Assembly: GCA_026025075.1 (NCBI GenBank)
Contig: JAPEUI010000032.1
Coordinates: 62,001 to 126,000 of the forward strand
Source: Vezdaea acicularis
Taxonomy: Eukaryota
Reading direction: 5' to 3'
DNA: 64,000 bases
Positions within the stretch are counted from its first letter, which is position 1, and each line of letters opens with the position of its first letter. Shown here one piece after another: positions 37,213-49,006 of the stretch. Below the pieces are notes generated by a model. It ran no database searches and was not told where the DNA came from. It saw nothing but the letters and a program-made list of their open reading frames with translations. The position numbers and the translations under genes were made by a program.

Positions 37213-38197
37213 TTACATCTCGATGAGATCGGGCACCGCAGGGCCAACGCCCCGAAGTAGTACAACAGTGTTACCGCTCACGAGCGCCTCCCCACTCTTC
37301 TCGCCAAACTCTAATAGTCGGCCCCCTTCGACATGGAACACCCTCAGCTTCTCAACCTCTCCTCCTCCTCTGTTGTTCACGTTTTGGACCTGCAGGCTCT
37401 TTGCCGCGGCGTCCAGAACCCTGCCAACACTCCATTCCTTATTGTAGAAGAACTCACCACGTGGGAACTTAGATGTGGTCGACGCTGCTTCGGCTTCGAC
37501 GTGAAGATAAACCCGTTTCTCGGTTGGTATCTTCTCATCACCCTTCGCAGCCTTCTTGAGCGTTGCAACCGCTGCAAGTTGCGCTGCTTTCGAGCTCGGT
37601 TTAGGTTTCGGCGTGACGGCGGCCTGCTTCTCCCTACCCCACGCTTTCAGGCGCGAAAATGCCGCCTTGGCTTTTTCTGTTTGTAGGGAAGTCGACTGTA
37701 CAGGTCGTGCGCCGAGCGGTATGAGGTTGCTGCAATCATGTTCCTCGCCCATGCGGTGCTTCAGGCAATAGAGGCGATTACATTTTGAGCATTGGACGCC
37801 TGGGCTTAGGGCCGTGTTGACTTTTGTGCTGCATGTCGGAGAGGCGCAGGTGCGTTCCGCCTTTAAGATATTTGAAGAGGTATATGACGTGGTGTTGGTT
37901 GGGCCAAGGGAGGCTTGCCTTCGAGCAGCGGCCCAGGCGCCCTCTTTGGGGCACTTGTGTGCGGTCTCGCTGCGATGATCGAGGCAGAAGGTTCTGCACT
38001 GGCGGTTAGCATATCTACAAGATAATTCTAGAAGAGTATCTCTATGCATACCCTCTACAGCTTTCACATCGAAACGGAAGGAAATCCAACTGGTTGCAAT
38101 ATGCCATTTGGCAGTGGGCGCCTATCGCCTCGACGTCTCCGACCATCTTGGTATAGCTCTCTCCAGCCTCACTCTCGACTCGTTGTGTAGATGCCAT
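37213..38197 (-). CDS. CUZ1: AN1-type zinc finger protein with C-terminal UBL-like domain (Cuz1/ZFAND1-like)
   Basis: Exons 38197-38052 and 37993-37213. Motifs IGAHCQMAYCNQLDFLPFRCESCRGTFCLDHRSETAHKC, a second AN1 (C..C...YCLKHR..EHDC), AKGDEKIP and WSVGRVLD. Confidence 0.9.
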
Positions 38198-38541
38198 CGT
38201 GGCGGGCTTCAACTTGACAGTTGATATATACCAGAGACTTAACACACTAGCAGAGCTTCCCAGGCTGCAAACGAGCTCGTAAGCCGTGCTCCCCCATTAG
38301 GGGTCGTGAATAATGCACTTGAGAGGCTGTGAGACGGTGCCACCGGAAGGTTCTAGCGAGTCTGGGCTCTCGGCGAATGATTTTTCCGCTAATGATTTTC
38401 CGCACCACCTATCTACAAATTGGGTTGCCTCCTCTAGCCTCAGCCTTATGAAATGACAAAAATCTTCGAGGCACACCAGATACCACAACCCTTTCAGAAG
38501 ACAAATGCAGTTTTGAAGTAGCGGCGACGACTCCGTCTACC

Positions 38542-39255
38542 TCATGCGCAATGAAGGCATTCCACGTTAGTTCTACGCAAAGATCCCTCTGGTCCCATGG
38601 GGTGACTAGATGCCATCTTAAGTCTTGCTTGCCTTACCAGCTCTTGATATTTGACTGAAGCCTGGACTGATGGTAGCTTTGCTTCTGTCACAGCCTTTGC
38701 TGGTGATATATTGACCTCGGTCACGGCTTTTGTTACCCCTCTAACTTCTACTACAATCTTTTGCAGTTCCTTGGTCTCTGCCAAGGAGTACCTGCGTTTT
38801 TCAAGTGGCTGCAACTCCATGGCAATCAAGCCGTCGGACGAGAGGTTACTCCTACTTCTCTCTCGTTGCTCTAGACTCTCTGTCGAATTTTCAGAACTTG
38901 GTGTCTTGACCGAGGACCCATCGAAGATGAGCTTACCTGGTGAATCCTGACTATTTAGCGCATCCATCATCTCCTTATGTTGCTCTCGTACCGCGAGGTC
39001 ATGTTTCGCCAGCTTCATAGCTTCGAGTTTTGCAGCTTTATGCTTTACGCGACCCTCTACCCTGCTGGCTTGTTCTTCAGCCAGGAAAGCTATGGCCCTC
39101 TTCTTTTCTTTACGAGACACGTATATTGCGAGGCCGAAGATCAATGCCATACCGACGCCTGCTGTGCCCATGACGCATATTAGAGTGAAGTGTTTCATGA
39201 TACCAGTTGCGTTGTGACCCAGCACCAAACGCTTGGCAAGCATAATTGGAGCCAT
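38542..39255 (-). CDS. Orphan protein with one N-proximal transmembrane helix
   Basis: 237-aa ORF starting at ATG in a slot with no other gene. Hydrophobic segment FTLICVMGTAGVGMALIFGLAIYV is followed by basic SRKEKKR. No family recognised. Confidence 0.55.
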   Translation of the reverse strand: MAPIMLAKRLVLGHNATGIMKHFTLICVMGTAGVGMALIFGLAIYVSRKEKKRAIAFLAEEQASRVEGRVKHKAAKLEAMKLAKHDLAVREQHKEMMDALNSQDSPGKLIFDGSSVKTPSSENSTESLEQRERSRSNLSSDGLIAMELQPLEKRRYSLAETKELQKIVVEVRGVTKAVTEVNISPAKAVTEAKLPSVQASVKYQELVRQARLKMASSHPMGPEGSLRRTNVECLHCA

Positions 39256-39685
39256 TTGGATATGCTAAAAGTGATTCAAAAGTTGAGAAACAAATGTTTG
39301 CGGGCAGTCTCTACTTATGGAAAAGGGATCATGGGATGAAAGTAAAGTCTGGAGTTATTGGTCGATGGAGAGAGGTATTGCAAGCATCCAATTATTCGAT
39401 AGGTGAAGGGATATATAATGAGAATATGGCTCCCCTGTGTCTCAGTCTCCACTTAATTTGTAGAGCTTGAGGCTCGAAGCGGCTTCCCAACGAAAGATGG
39501 AGCCTACTGTGGGGCCTTTCACATCCCACCGCTTAGGACTGCGCGCCAAATGATCGTTCAGGCTATTGTATCGATTCCGTGTAAACCAAAACTGGCACCA
39601 AGCTCTCAATATGATAGCTGTACGTAATTTCTCTCACATTTTTGTGAAGACCAAACTCCACACAGCCCCAAATCGATACCATATA

Positions 39686-40930
39686 TTAGATTCCAAGTAA
39701 CGCGCCTCGACACTCGTCGTGAATCTGCGCTCTCCAAAGGGATTTTTCTCCACAAATAAACAGTTCGCCGTTTTTCCCAAAGCAGAAATTAGCAACGCCG
39801 CCGGGAATAAGAATTTTACCGATAAGTCTTCCACCAGCGTCCCAGACGTTGACTCCATCACCACAACCTGACCAGACGTTTCCATAGACATCGCATTTGA
39901 TCCCATCAGGAACACCAGAAGCAGCCATCGCGAAAACACGTCGCTTCGTCAAGAAGGGGCTATCTGAGTAAGTCTGTATTGAATATGCGTAGCTACATCC
40001 ACATTAGCCAAGCGTCTGAACATGGGAACAATGGATACGGACATGGTGGATGCGCGGGTAGGATTTGTCCCACCATCACCGTGGATGTAATCCGTATCTG
40101 TGATGTAGCAGGTCTTCTCGTCCGGTGAGAAACAGATGCCATTTGGGCGTTTAAAGCCATCCGCTACGACCCGAATATCGCCTGATAGAGGGTCAAAGCG
40201 GTAAATTTGGCTAGGCAATTGTGGAGCTGGCCGAAATCCTGCATCATACCCATATATTGGGTCTGTGAACCAGATTGAACCGTCACTATGCACCACAACG
40301 TCGTTAGGGGAATTGAACGGACGCCCGTGAAATTTGCTGACCATAGTTCTGACTTCGTAAGGCGGGTAGGGTAGCATGTGTACGAGCCCCGACTCTTGAT
40401 GCTTAGTCCCTTGGGCGCAAAAGAGGATCCCGTTCAGGTAGTTAACGCCACCGTTAGCCATAGGAACTCCAGGAATACCATTAGGGATTCGCTTGCACTC
40501 GTAGGTGCCATCGTCGCAAATGTCAACGCGGGAAATCTGAATCTTCTTCTCGTCCGACTTGTCGGAGAAGATATTACTTGTAATAAAGAGTGCATTCTGT
40601 TCAGGCCAAAATACGCATGCTTCATGCGCAAATGGGATGGAGCGATCTCGTAAGATCACTTCCAACGAAGGCTTGATACCAAGTACTGACAGGAACGCCT
40701 CATCGTAGATCAAGAAGCCATTATCTTTCAATACCCTAAGAATGGTTATTGGAGACTTAGCGTTGTCACATGCTAGAAGAGCTTACTTAGCTCTGCCCAC
40801 GGCAACCTTTTTCTGGTTGATGATCTGCCACATGCACTGATAAATCACTTGTGCGACTTGTTGGACTCGAGGGGCAAGCACATACTTGGCAGTTTTCCGG
40901 TAGAGACAACGCAGTCTCGGATGTCTCCAT
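39686..40930 (-). CDS. SMP-30/gluconolactonase/LRE-like beta-propeller hydrolase
   Basis: Exons 40930-40886 (tentative; alternative start ATG 40833), 40836-40787, 40735-40043, 39992-39686. Motifs FAHEA, FNSPNDVVVHSDGSIWFTDP, PNGICFSPDE, PDGIKCD and GGVANFCFG. TATA-like element near 40985. Confidence 0.88.
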
Positions 40931-41265
40931 AATGGTCTATTCGCTGAAATACAAGTCGTATGTTTTGGTGGGGGCGTGATGTCATATATAGAGCGCTTGA
41001 ACGTCTCGCTTCCCCAAATAGCGGTACGTGATCTTCAGGGCCGCTCACAATCCGCTTCAGATCATGAAACATGAACGGATGGCCTGAGGATCCGCGCTCC
41101 ACAAACGGGCCAGCTCTCTCTATCAAATTAAGAGAACTACACTAATCTTGTATTTTGGCCACTATTGTTGGACAAAATTCGCACTTGAAGGTACAGAAGG
41201 CCAACTGAGTAGTTTCATACCGATAGTACACATTCCAGATCATTCATGCCTTGGTGCAATCGGTG

Positions 41266-42397
41266 TTAAACGGACATCTTCATCGCGATTCCTTTGTGAG
41301 GATTGTATCCCTTAAGCTCGAAATCCTCGAGCTTCCAGCCATCGATGCTCCCACCTTTCTCGCGATTTATCGTCAGGTATGGAAAGTCCTTTGGCTTTCG
41401 GGTCAATTGGGTCTCTAGCGCATCGATGTGGTCCAAGTATACGTGCGCGTCTCCCATAGTGTGCGTAAACGTCCCTGGAGAAAGTTCGCAGACGTGAGCC
41501 AGCATGTGGGTCAACAATGCATATGATGCAATATTGAAAGGTACACCAAGTCCCATATCGTTAGACCGCTGGTAAAGTTGACAATGTAGTACGCCGCAAG
41601 GTTTCTCCTCTGTGGCGTTCATTTCTTCAGCGTTACCCGAGTCCTTGGAGCGTGGGAATGACACATAAAACTGTGCGAACATATGACACGGCGGGAGGGC
41701 CATCTTCTTAAGATCGGCAGGATTCCATGCGCTCAGAATTATTCTCCTATCATAGGGCTTGTTCTTCAACTTATCAATAACCTCAGCTAGTTGATCAACG
41801 CCTTGCCCATCGTAATTTGTATGGGCGTCCTTGTATTCAGCTCCGAAATGCCGCCATTGGAACCCATACACAGGGCCGAGGTCGCCAACTTCACGATGTG
41901 ATAGGCCAACACTATCCAAGAAATCCCTACTGCCGTTCCCATCCCAGATCTTAACGCCTGCTTCTGAAAGTGGTATGGAGGATGTGGCGCCAGATATGAA
42001 CCATAATAATTCTTCAATCACGGCGCGTATGAAGACTCTTTTGGTCGTCAAAAGTGGAAGTATGGGAGTTGGTGGTCCTGGCTGATGTTGCGAGTGCTTT
42101 GAAAGTGAGAATTTGAGGGGTTGTGGAGCGAATATGGAAGTGGTGCCAGTCCCAGTCCTACCCATCGATACGCTTAAGTCAGCATGGTCTCACTTTCTGT
42201 GCTGTGTTTTGTTTTAAAAGAAAGTTTGATTCGTACCTGTCTGGGCGATGCTCCCCATTCTCGATGATATCTCTGACAAGATCGAGATACTGGTACTCCT
42301 CGTGCCTTGAGGTGGACGCTGGGCCCTTTGTAGAGCCAAGGCCATTCCCTGCATACTCCCCTAACGAAGATTGCGCGCTCTTAGAATCAATTGCCAT
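41266..42397 (-). CDS. CDC21: Thymidylate synthase
   Basis: Exons 42397-42237 and 42157-41266. Motifs [44 protein letters not shown] and [18 protein letters not shown]. Confidence 0.97.
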
Positions 42398-42456
42398 GTT
42401 CTAGAAGCTCTATTGTGCAATGAGATTTTAAGGTTTAAGTGACGGAGTGTCGAGAA

Positions 42457-42479
42457 GCGCGACGCGTCAATATACGCGA
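42457..42479. promoter_or_regulatory. MCB (MluI cell-cycle box) cluster upstream of thymidylate synthase
   Basis: GCGCGACGCGT (ACGCGT at 42462-42467) and ACGCGA (42474-42479) lie 60-82 bp upstream of the ATG. MCB control of thymidylate synthase is established in yeast. Confidence 0.65.
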
Positions 42480-42814
42480 TCAATTTGGGCAGGGTATCAG
42501 AGGCCTATGATGCAAAGGTAAATCTTAGCATTTTCTGCCATAAGCGAAGAAGTAAATCGTAAGAACATTTTATCTATTTCAAATTTATTTATCACATTTT
42601 TTGGAGAGGTTCCGGCCGTGGAGAGATACATGGGGGCCTGTTGAATCATTCGAAAGTGGCACTAACGCTTCGTTCGGGGGAGTTTTTCGAGCTTTCTAGG
42701 CTGTGGGTAGTTCGGTCTAATCTGATTCTGCTTGCACTTGCCCAATTGTGCACAACGCAGACTGTACGATACAGTGTGAGATATATTTAAACCATGCTTT
42801 CAAGTTCACAGGAC

Positions 42815-42917
42815 TTCCATACATGTTCCATACATGTTCCATACATGTTCCATACATGTTCCATACATGTTCCATACATGTTCCATACATGTTCCATACA
42901 TGTTCCATACATGTTCC
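42815..42917. repeat. Perfect 11-bp minisatellite (TTCCATACATG) x9 plus 4 nt
   Basis: Read directly: nine identical units from 42815 to 42913, followed by TTCC. Confidence 0.98.
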
Positions 42918-43528
42918 TAACATCTTAATATTGCCATGCGAAGCGCGGATGGTTCCTTCGAACGTCTCTCGCTAACCTCAAGTACTTGCTCTGAGCATTG
43001 CTCCCCTTTGCAGCTGATGACTCGAGCTCTTCCGTCGCATTGTCCCTCCATATGCAGCGCATCGAGCCAAGCATGCATTTCGAAGATCCTAAAGGTAATC
43101 CAAAACCCTCATATTATTTAGATCGAGGCAAAAGGGCATGTAGGCTGAGCCCTGAAGCGAAGCGCCAGCAAATTAGAGCGCGGAATTTCACCTCGTGCTA
43201 CATCGACCGGCCCCCGCCACTGTGTTCGCCTAGGTCATAAGCTCATGAGAGGTCTTGGCATCGATAGTAACAAGCTTAAGACCTGTTGCTTTGGTCATAG
43301 TTTCATGCAATGGCTTGGCTCGAAAATCTCCCAGTAGCAGAAGGAGAAAAGTCCGTCGCCATAGGATTCACATCGTGCATGTTGGTCCAACGCCAAATGT
43401 GCAGGCCTTCCTAATCGGCATGGCTGCCATCCATTTCTTTTTCCTTCGAAGCTTAAAGCGTTTTAAGTATTTAAGCATGGCGTTTGTGCATACAAGATGT
43501 AGCTCGGAAGATTCTATTGGAAGTCGCC

Positions 43529-45284
43529 ATGGCACATATTCTTGTCACTGCGCTTCTTGCGGCTTTCGGTGCCTTTGCATCGGCCGCGCCTAATGCTCAT
43601 CTGGGCAAACGCGCCAATGCTACATTTGTGAATCAGGAGACATGCAACGGTATGTGAGACCGGGCGATACCTGAACCAGTGCTGAAAAGCGAAACCAGGC
43701 AAGACCTACACCTACGAAAACTTGGCTGGGTATGGCTTCCTCCCAAGCGACTCTCGAGACAAGTATGGGGATACAATTGGAGGCATCGGCAGCTCCATGG
43801 CACTAGATCGTAGCGCTTGGAAGAAAACTGGCGACGGTCAATATACGGGAATCCTTTGGGGTCTACCCGATAGAGGCTGGAACACAGAGGGAACCACCAA
43901 TTTCCATCCTCGAGTCCATAAATTCACCGTCTCATTAACCCTTGCGCCAAATGCAACGGTATCCAATCCATCCAAACCCAACGTCGCCCTGAAGTACCTG
44001 GATACAATACTGTTCACTGCGCCCGATGGCGTGACTCTTTGCACAGGTCTTGATGCGGATGCTACAGGGTTCATTTCATATCCGGGATTCCCAGATCTTC
44101 CTGTCGCCACTTTCACAGGCGACGGTTGGGGAGGACCAGGTAATGGCGGAAAAGCAATACCAATTGACAGCGAGGGTTTAGTCCTCAACAGCGATGGTAG
44201 CTTCTGGGTGTCCGATGAATATGGGCCGTATGTATACCTCTTTGACCCAACGGGCAAGATGATTAAAGCTATTCGGCCCAATGATGCCATCCTCCCCCGA
44301 AGGAATGGTACTGTGAGGTAACACTTTGCCCCAGCTTTTCCCTTTGGTAGCGCATACATTAATAACCTCAAAAGCTTCTCGGCCAATTCACCACCCCTAT
44401 TAGACCCGAAAAGAGTGGTCATCCCAGGCGACCCCTCATCGGGTCGTAACAACAACCAAGGCTTCGAGGGGTTAACAATCACCGGTGACGGGCGGAATCT
44501 CTATGTTCTTCTTCAATCGGCACTCAATCAAGAGGGAGGGCCTGCAAAACAGACAAATAGGTACGCAAGGCTCGTCAAGTACGATATAAGCAGCGGCACG
44601 CCAAGGTACGCACGCGAGTTCGTTGTGCCTCTCCCACAATGGACAGACCCAACTTCTAGTCCAGCAAAAGCACTGAAAACTGCTGCTCAGTCCGAAATCT
44701 TTCATATTCAAGATGGCCAATTCTTCATCTTAGCAAGAGATTCCGGCAGTGGCCATGGCCAACCAATATCCACTTCCATCTATCGCCATATTGACGTCTT
44801 CGACATCGCCTCTGCTACAGATATCAAAGGTGGCACTTACGATGGGCCAACTAGTGCCATTGCTTCGAGCGCTGGTGTTCTGAAGGCAGGAATCACGCCC
44901 GCAACATATTGCCCCTTTATCGACTTCAATCTGAACTCTCAGCTGAATCGCTTTGGTGTGCACAATGGCGGCCCCCAGGATCAGTTTCTACTCAATGAGA
45001 AATGGGAGAGCATTGGCCTTGTACCTGTTGACGGAAAGATTGGAGATGATGATGGTACGTCTAAATCTGAATGTTGAATGGAATCTGGCTGATCATAATC
45101 TCTAGAATGGTTCATTTTCTCCCTGAGCGATAACGACTTCGTTACACAGAACGGGTTCCAAAACTTTGGGATGTACCCATATCACGACGCAAGCGGGTAC
45201 AATCTTGACAATCAGATCCTAGTCTTCCAGATTAAGCTTCCGGAGCATTCTAGGCCGTTTGATCGTGACAATGGAGGAACCTGA
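43529..45284 (+). CDS. Secreted protein of the phytase-like/esterase-like beta-propeller family
   Basis: Exons 43529-43649, 43699-44317, 44375-45054, 45106-45284. Signal peptide MAHILVTALLAAFGAFASA then LGKR. Motifs GDTIGGIGS, LPDRGWN, IDSEGL, WVSDEYGP, NQGFEGL, EKWES and LSDNDF. Confidence 0.9.
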
Positions 45285-46674
45285 AGCTCAGTAATACGAT
45301 GAGAAGAGAAGGCTAGCTGATGTTCGCTGAAATTTCCAGATTCATAGTAAGGTGCTTTTTGTAATAGGCCTGATTACAGGCGACACGAAGACTCAATTCG
45401 GTAGTCAGTTATATTCCGCGATTGACGGTGATCCTATCGAATCTATTACGCGTCGTCAGAATACTCGTGCGGTGGATCGTGCTATCTTTGAGATCGATAC
45501 GAATGTTACTTCCGACGCTCCCGAGTTGGCGAATGTAAGTAAGGGTGGCCCTGATCATCAGGGACTGCTGGAGCTCATCATCCAGGGAATCAATGGCCCG
45601 TTCCATACAAACCTGGCGGCCAATGACTGTCGAGACTGAGATCAAAGGCCGTGAAACGTTGCTAGCAGGGTACGCGCATGGTGACGAGGATACTGCGGCC
45701 GCTAGTATGCCTCTGGCTTAGCCTCCCGGCAAGGCCCGGACAGCCGGTGAGACGAACGTCGATGCAAATGCGGAATAAACGTCGCTGCATGAACTCAGAA
45801 GCGAAGCTGATTGCTTGTACCCGTGAGCGCTGATCCGTCGAGTTATCGCAAGGAGCAGGGTGATTGAGTTCAGGTTGTGTGGATGCGATGGCTGCGTCGA
45901 GGGAAAGCTGGTCACACGAGCGGGGAAGAAACTTTGGTGCGCCGAGCCCGCCCATCAACGCCCTTCACATGCCTCCACACCTTCATACTGGTTCGTGCTG
46001 CATGGTGATCCGCGCGGGACATATGCACGGAGATTGACATGACTGACTAGGCCGAAATCGCAAGAATACTGTCTTCGGGGTGTACGACGCGCATTGAGGC
46101 CCTGTCAAGTATGGTTCTTGAAGCCCAAGGTTCGGCAGACGGTAATCGTGGTCCTTGCGCAGATAATCCTTCAACGACGTGATAAGGCGCTGCGTCCACC
46201 CAATCGCATCACCAGTCGATGCATGTAACGCTAGTGTTAGCGCCACGTTGATAATGTTCCGGGGCGCTAGGTAGACATCCGCGGTCGACTGGCAATCGGT
46301 GCCAGGAGAGTTTTGGTGACATAAAAATGACAGCCGGTCGTGAGAAGATCGCCTGTCTGGACCGTTCTTCGCTTTTCGACTATTTGCCGCTTAGGACGGC
46401 CCTCTTCCGGGACCCCTCTGCCACTGCCCTACCACACACCTTCGCCAATTTTTCATCCCAACCACACAGCAATCCCAGCGCCTCCCATCCTTCATCCTTC
46501 CCCGATATCTCCTCCACCTCCCCGCTCGACCTCCACGCCTGCTCTGCTTGATTGATAACCTTGAATCTGACTCTGTCAAGTCAGCAAGGTCGTCACAAGT
46601 GAGATTCTCGACTCAGTAGTATAAGTTCTGGGTTCGAGGCTCACGCCGTAAGAAATCAAGCGTTTTCTGAAAGG

Positions 46675-48497
46675 ATGGTATTAACCAGACAGCAAAAGAC
46701 CCCTCGCAACCCGGACAAATTTCCTACCGCTCAGCTCTTCATTCTAGGTAGGCTCTGCTTGTCTTCCGCATGTCTTCCGCATGTCGGGTATCGTTGAGTT
46801 TCCTCATAGGCATATTCCACTGACATTCTCCACCAGCACTATGTCGCGTTTCAGAGCCAATCGCCCTTACTTCCATCCTCCCTATCGCCTATCCCATGAC
46901 CAAACGCCTCCTCGGTGATTGGGATGCCTCGCTCTATTCTGGTCTTCTCATTTCGGCCTTCGCCCTTGCGGAGAGCTTGACCGGTCTCTTCTGGGGAAGT
47001 GTTTCAGACAGAGTCGGACGAAAGCCCGTACTCCTTTTTGGATGCACTGGTACCATGCTCTCGCTGGTAATTGTTGGCTTCGCTCCGACATTCTGGGTTG
47101 CTCTCCTCGGGAGGGCACTCGGAGGCTTCCTCAACGGAAATATTGGGGTCATCCAGACTATGGTCGGAGAGCTGGTCACCAATCCAGCACAAGAGCGTAA
47201 GTCCTCTCTTGATGTCTATTTGCTGAAGTATGGCTGACTTTAATAGCTCGAGCTTATGCCGTGATGCCTTTCGTTTGGAGTATTGGGTAAGTCGATACAT
47301 TATCCTGACCTTTCTTCAAGCTAATAGTCATGTAGTACCATTATCGGACCGGCAATTGGAGGTACCTTTGCGGACCCTGCTAAGTCCTGGTCCTCCCTCT
47401 TCTCGCCCTCTGGCGTTTTTGCCAAGTTTCCTTACTTGCTCCCAAACCTTGTCTGCGCATTGATGCTTCTCGTGAGTATTATCGTCGGCTATTTCTTGCT
47501 TGAAGAAACCCACCCAGATATGCAGCCTTGGAGCACTCAAGAAGATCTGGATAACACCTGTGCTGAGACCCCCTTGATGGCTACGGCTGGTGCAACAGAG
47601 CACGCCGGCGTCGATTTGAGGGGTGATTCGTACGGAACGTTTAATACTGTTGATATCACCGAAGAAGAGAGGTGGAAAGTAAACTCTGACGGGACTCGGA
47701 GCTCTAGTCCAGATTCCTCTCACCAGAAGCCTCGTAAGAGCCCATTTACCAAGCGGGTAATTCTCCTTGTGGTAGCCCTTGCCATCTTCACCTTCCATTC
47801 CATGGGATATGACTGTCTCCTTGCCATATTCCTTCAAGATAAGCGTGATGATATAAATGCCGAGCGAAATCTCTCTCCACTTGGAGTATCGGGAGGTCTC
47901 GGGCTTAGCACGAGGGCTGTTGGTGGGATCATGAGCATTCAAGGCTGCATTGCCCTTTTTATCCAAGGGGTCGTTTTCCCCATCATTGCTGCATGGATCG
48001 GCGTATGGAAGACATTTATCCTGGTAACCACGCTCCACCCTCTCGCCTATTTCGTCGTCCCATTCCTCATAATCCTCCCGGAAAACGACTTGTACACAGG
48101 CATCTACCTGATGCTCACCCTACGCAACCTCCTCTCGATCCTCGCCTACCCTACTTTGCTTATCCTGCTGAAAGAAGCTTCACCATCTCGACTGGACCTT
48201 GGCAAGATTAATGGTCTTGCGGCGAGCGCGGGAGCTGCTTGCCGAACCGTTGCGCCCCCTGTCGTTGGTTATCTGTACACTCTTGGAAAACAGAAGGGCT
48301 TTTCTGGCTTGGCCTGGTGGGGCTGTGGAGTCGTCGCATTAGCTGGGTCCATCCAGTGCTGGAGCGTGACTCGAGAGAAGGGCAAAGTGGCACATGTCAG
48401 GCATGTACACTGCGTCGGACCGCAAAGAGAGGGAGAGCAGAAGTCTGAAGTGGTGCACATCATTGTTAATGAGGTCGATGGAGCCGAAGCGGTTTGA
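46675..48497 (+). CDS. MFS transporter (YCR023C/ZIFL-like)
   Basis: Exons 46675-46747, 46837-47196, 47247-47286, 47336-48497. Motifs FPTAQLFILALCRVSEPIALTSI, WGSVSDRVGRKPVLL, GNIGVIQTMVGEL, IGPAIGG and LGKINGLA. Confidence 0.92.
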
Positions 48498-49006
48498 AAA
48501 TAACGGAGCACGAATAGATACATGCTAACCGGCGTGAGGACAAAGACGGTCAGACACGCAGGTTACGAAGCTTCACAAGACGCAAATGATAGACGCATTT
48601 CTGGGTTTGGGACTGTTGCGCTTCAGCGAGCGGGAGTTCTGGAATATGGTTGCTTTTTGCTGCGTTGGAGTCCTAAATAAGCCCGCATGTAGAGACACGG
48701 CGCTTGAGTATGTGTATAGAGCTAGACCAGTATACACCTCCAGTCTAGTAAATCAAATATATAAATCTACTGATTCTGGACCTACTGAATACGGGTTAAG
48801 CATGCATCATCGCTTCCGGCACGAGGCCGGGGTTAGTGTGGGGTCGCTAACGAGCGCATGTGAACCGCGGTACGTCTAACTGGCCGCGGTTCATTATATC
48901 TTACCATTGGACTTATATTACCACCGCACTCTTCAACCTAGTTGATCGTAGATCTAGCTATGAGACCTTCTAATGGATGGATAGCACGTTAATGGAAGCC
49001 CTCGCA

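Noticed and set aside
42717..42975. ORFs with repeated peptides (MYGTCMEHVWN; HVPYMFHTCSI)
   Set aside because: Translations of the stop-free 11-bp minisatellite. There are no spacers, so it is not CRISPR. The peptides lack the signal peptide and KR sites of a pheromone or RiPP precursor.
45352..45645. Short ORFs on both strands and TGATGA/CTGA boxes on the minus strand suggesting U3 or another C/D snoRNA
   Set aside because: No U3 5' domain, box spacing too short for U3, and no rRNA-complementary guide recognised. The ORFs lack an ATG start and family motifs. Left unannotated; an Rfam scan would settle it.
45285..46674. TPP riboswitch upstream of the MFS transporter
   Set aside because: CTGAGA at about 45637 is not followed by the conserved ATACC...CTGAT...TAAT...GCG core.
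39686..48497. Metabolic gene cluster (lactonase, phytase-like protein, MFS)
   Set aside because: No backbone enzyme or pathway regulator, and the genes are interrupted by housekeeping CDC21.
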